Position numbers and translations under genes: made by a program. The notes under the pieces were generated by a model, which saw nothing but the letters and a program-made list of their open reading frames with translations, searched no databases and was not told where the DNA came from. A stretch of 63,216 nucleotides of DNA, the filler included, from Circinaria calcarea (taxonomy: Eukaryota): assembly GCA_051942165.1 (NCBI GenBank). It is 10 parts of 10 records of this genome, joined end to end, with 100 filler letters (N's around TTAATTAATTAA, not from the genome) between each part and the next. Parts side by side here need not be neighbours in the genome. Positions count along the whole stretch, not along the records: positions 56,995 to 63,216 come from JAVECS010001639.1; 9 more parts are not named here. One strand, given 5' to 3'. Position 1 is the stretch's first letter, and each line of letters starts with the position of its first letter. Below, one piece after another: positions 62,102 to 63,216 of this stretch.

Positions 62102-63216
62102 TATAGCTTGATACATTGCTAGGAATGAGTTCCGACGAACCGTAATAGCTCCTCTGGCTCGCTTGTCGTGACTCCTTGCTGATATAAAAAAAGCGCCAAT
62201 GTGACAACCGGTATATTAAGTTGAGCAAGGGAATCGATCTTCATCACATGATTCTCGAGGTATGTGTAGCCGATCAGCACGTCCTGAGGCTATAATTGAT
62301 ATCCAAGATATTGACGGATGCTGTTGCTGAGGTGAAAAGGTCATGCATCAGTCGCCCCGCTAAGTTAGCTGTTCGATTTGTGTAGTGTTTGCCTAGGCCG
62401 GCGAAAGGGAAGCCAGGCCACATGATGTATGATCCAATGATCCGGAGCTTACCTTAGCAAGCTCAGAACCAAGAGAGTTGTTTCTCTAGTGCATCAATAT
62501 ACAGTTGCCACCTGCCGATCCGTCCGATAATGGTACGCTTTCTCACACGTCAAAACGATGGCCTTCCAATAATGAGGAACGCGGAAGATGGTAGTTAGTT
62601 GCTCTTCAAGCGTCTTCGTCCTGGCCTAAGCTCCTGGCAGATATCTGAAAGGTCAGACAGAATATCAAATATATGAAGAGGAGCAGGGCTTACCGCGTAG
62701 ACTGGCCTTTCGAGATATTCAAACAGTCCCTCTATCAAGGTCTCACCAACCCCAGCGAGACAGCCGAGCTCAATTTATTTCCTCTTTCAAAGCTGCTGCC
62801 TCCGAGTCAGTGGGAGAGAGGGAGTGTGAGTAGTCCGCCAGTGGGCATCGGAACGATGTTCACACTTGACCGTGATTATCGGGCAAGATCGCAATTCCCA
62901 AGTCCTTGTTCCTAAGGCATTTTAGTGACTGGCCTGTAGCGTTTATAATATTACCACAACCTCTCCCTTATCTGCATTCGCGCTTACTTCTCCGTTTATT
63001 TGACTCGGCGCAAATTCCAGCTACAGAACCGCTAATAACGTCCTAGCGAAAGGCCAAGGACGTGTAACTCCAGCAAGAGACTCCATTCTCCATTGCTCTG
63101 TGTCTAATCCACGCCACAGCACCCTGCTCCCCCAGCCCTCCCCACCCTAGCCCCACGTCCCACGCCCTCCGCCAGCGCCAGCGCCAGCGCTAGAAACCGC
63201 GTGAGCGGTATTGAAG

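Overview
This window is filamentous-ascomycete (Pezizomycotina-type) nuclear DNA with short GT-AG introns and CTRAY branch sites. It is not one locus. It consists of ten contigs of 6243, 6242, 6239, 6236, 6231, 6230, 6226, 6224, 6223 and 6222 bp, sorted by size and joined by artificial 100-bp N44-TTAATTAATTAA-N44 linkers, so synteny across linkers is meaningless and several genes are truncated. Recognisable genes are FIS1, SPC24, a type II PI4-kinase (LSB6), an ACR3 arsenite transporter, a HET-C-domain protein, a CPA1 Na+/H+ antiporter, a DUF1275 protein, SmF, RTP1, trimethyllysine dioxygenase, a NADAR protein, TOM1, LEO1, a patatin TAG lipase, a DUF4336 protein, MCC alpha, a YqfO-like protein and a DHR2-like helicase, plus a MaoC dehydratase pseudogene. 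The most striking observation is a tRNA-Arg(CCG) gene at 29115-29248. Besides a canonical anticodon-loop intron, it carries a 53-nt insertion with full spliceosomal-intron signals (GTAGGT...CTAAT...CAG) exactly between G53 and T54 of the T arm. Also notable are an unannotated 83-aa secreted 8-Cys peptide, a kinase-C-lobe/ISG12-like fusion, a triple Zn2Cys6 protein, and Cys-rich microproteins, one of them disabled and lying behind an array of HMG-box-like sites. All calls come from manual reading and translation; no database searches were run.
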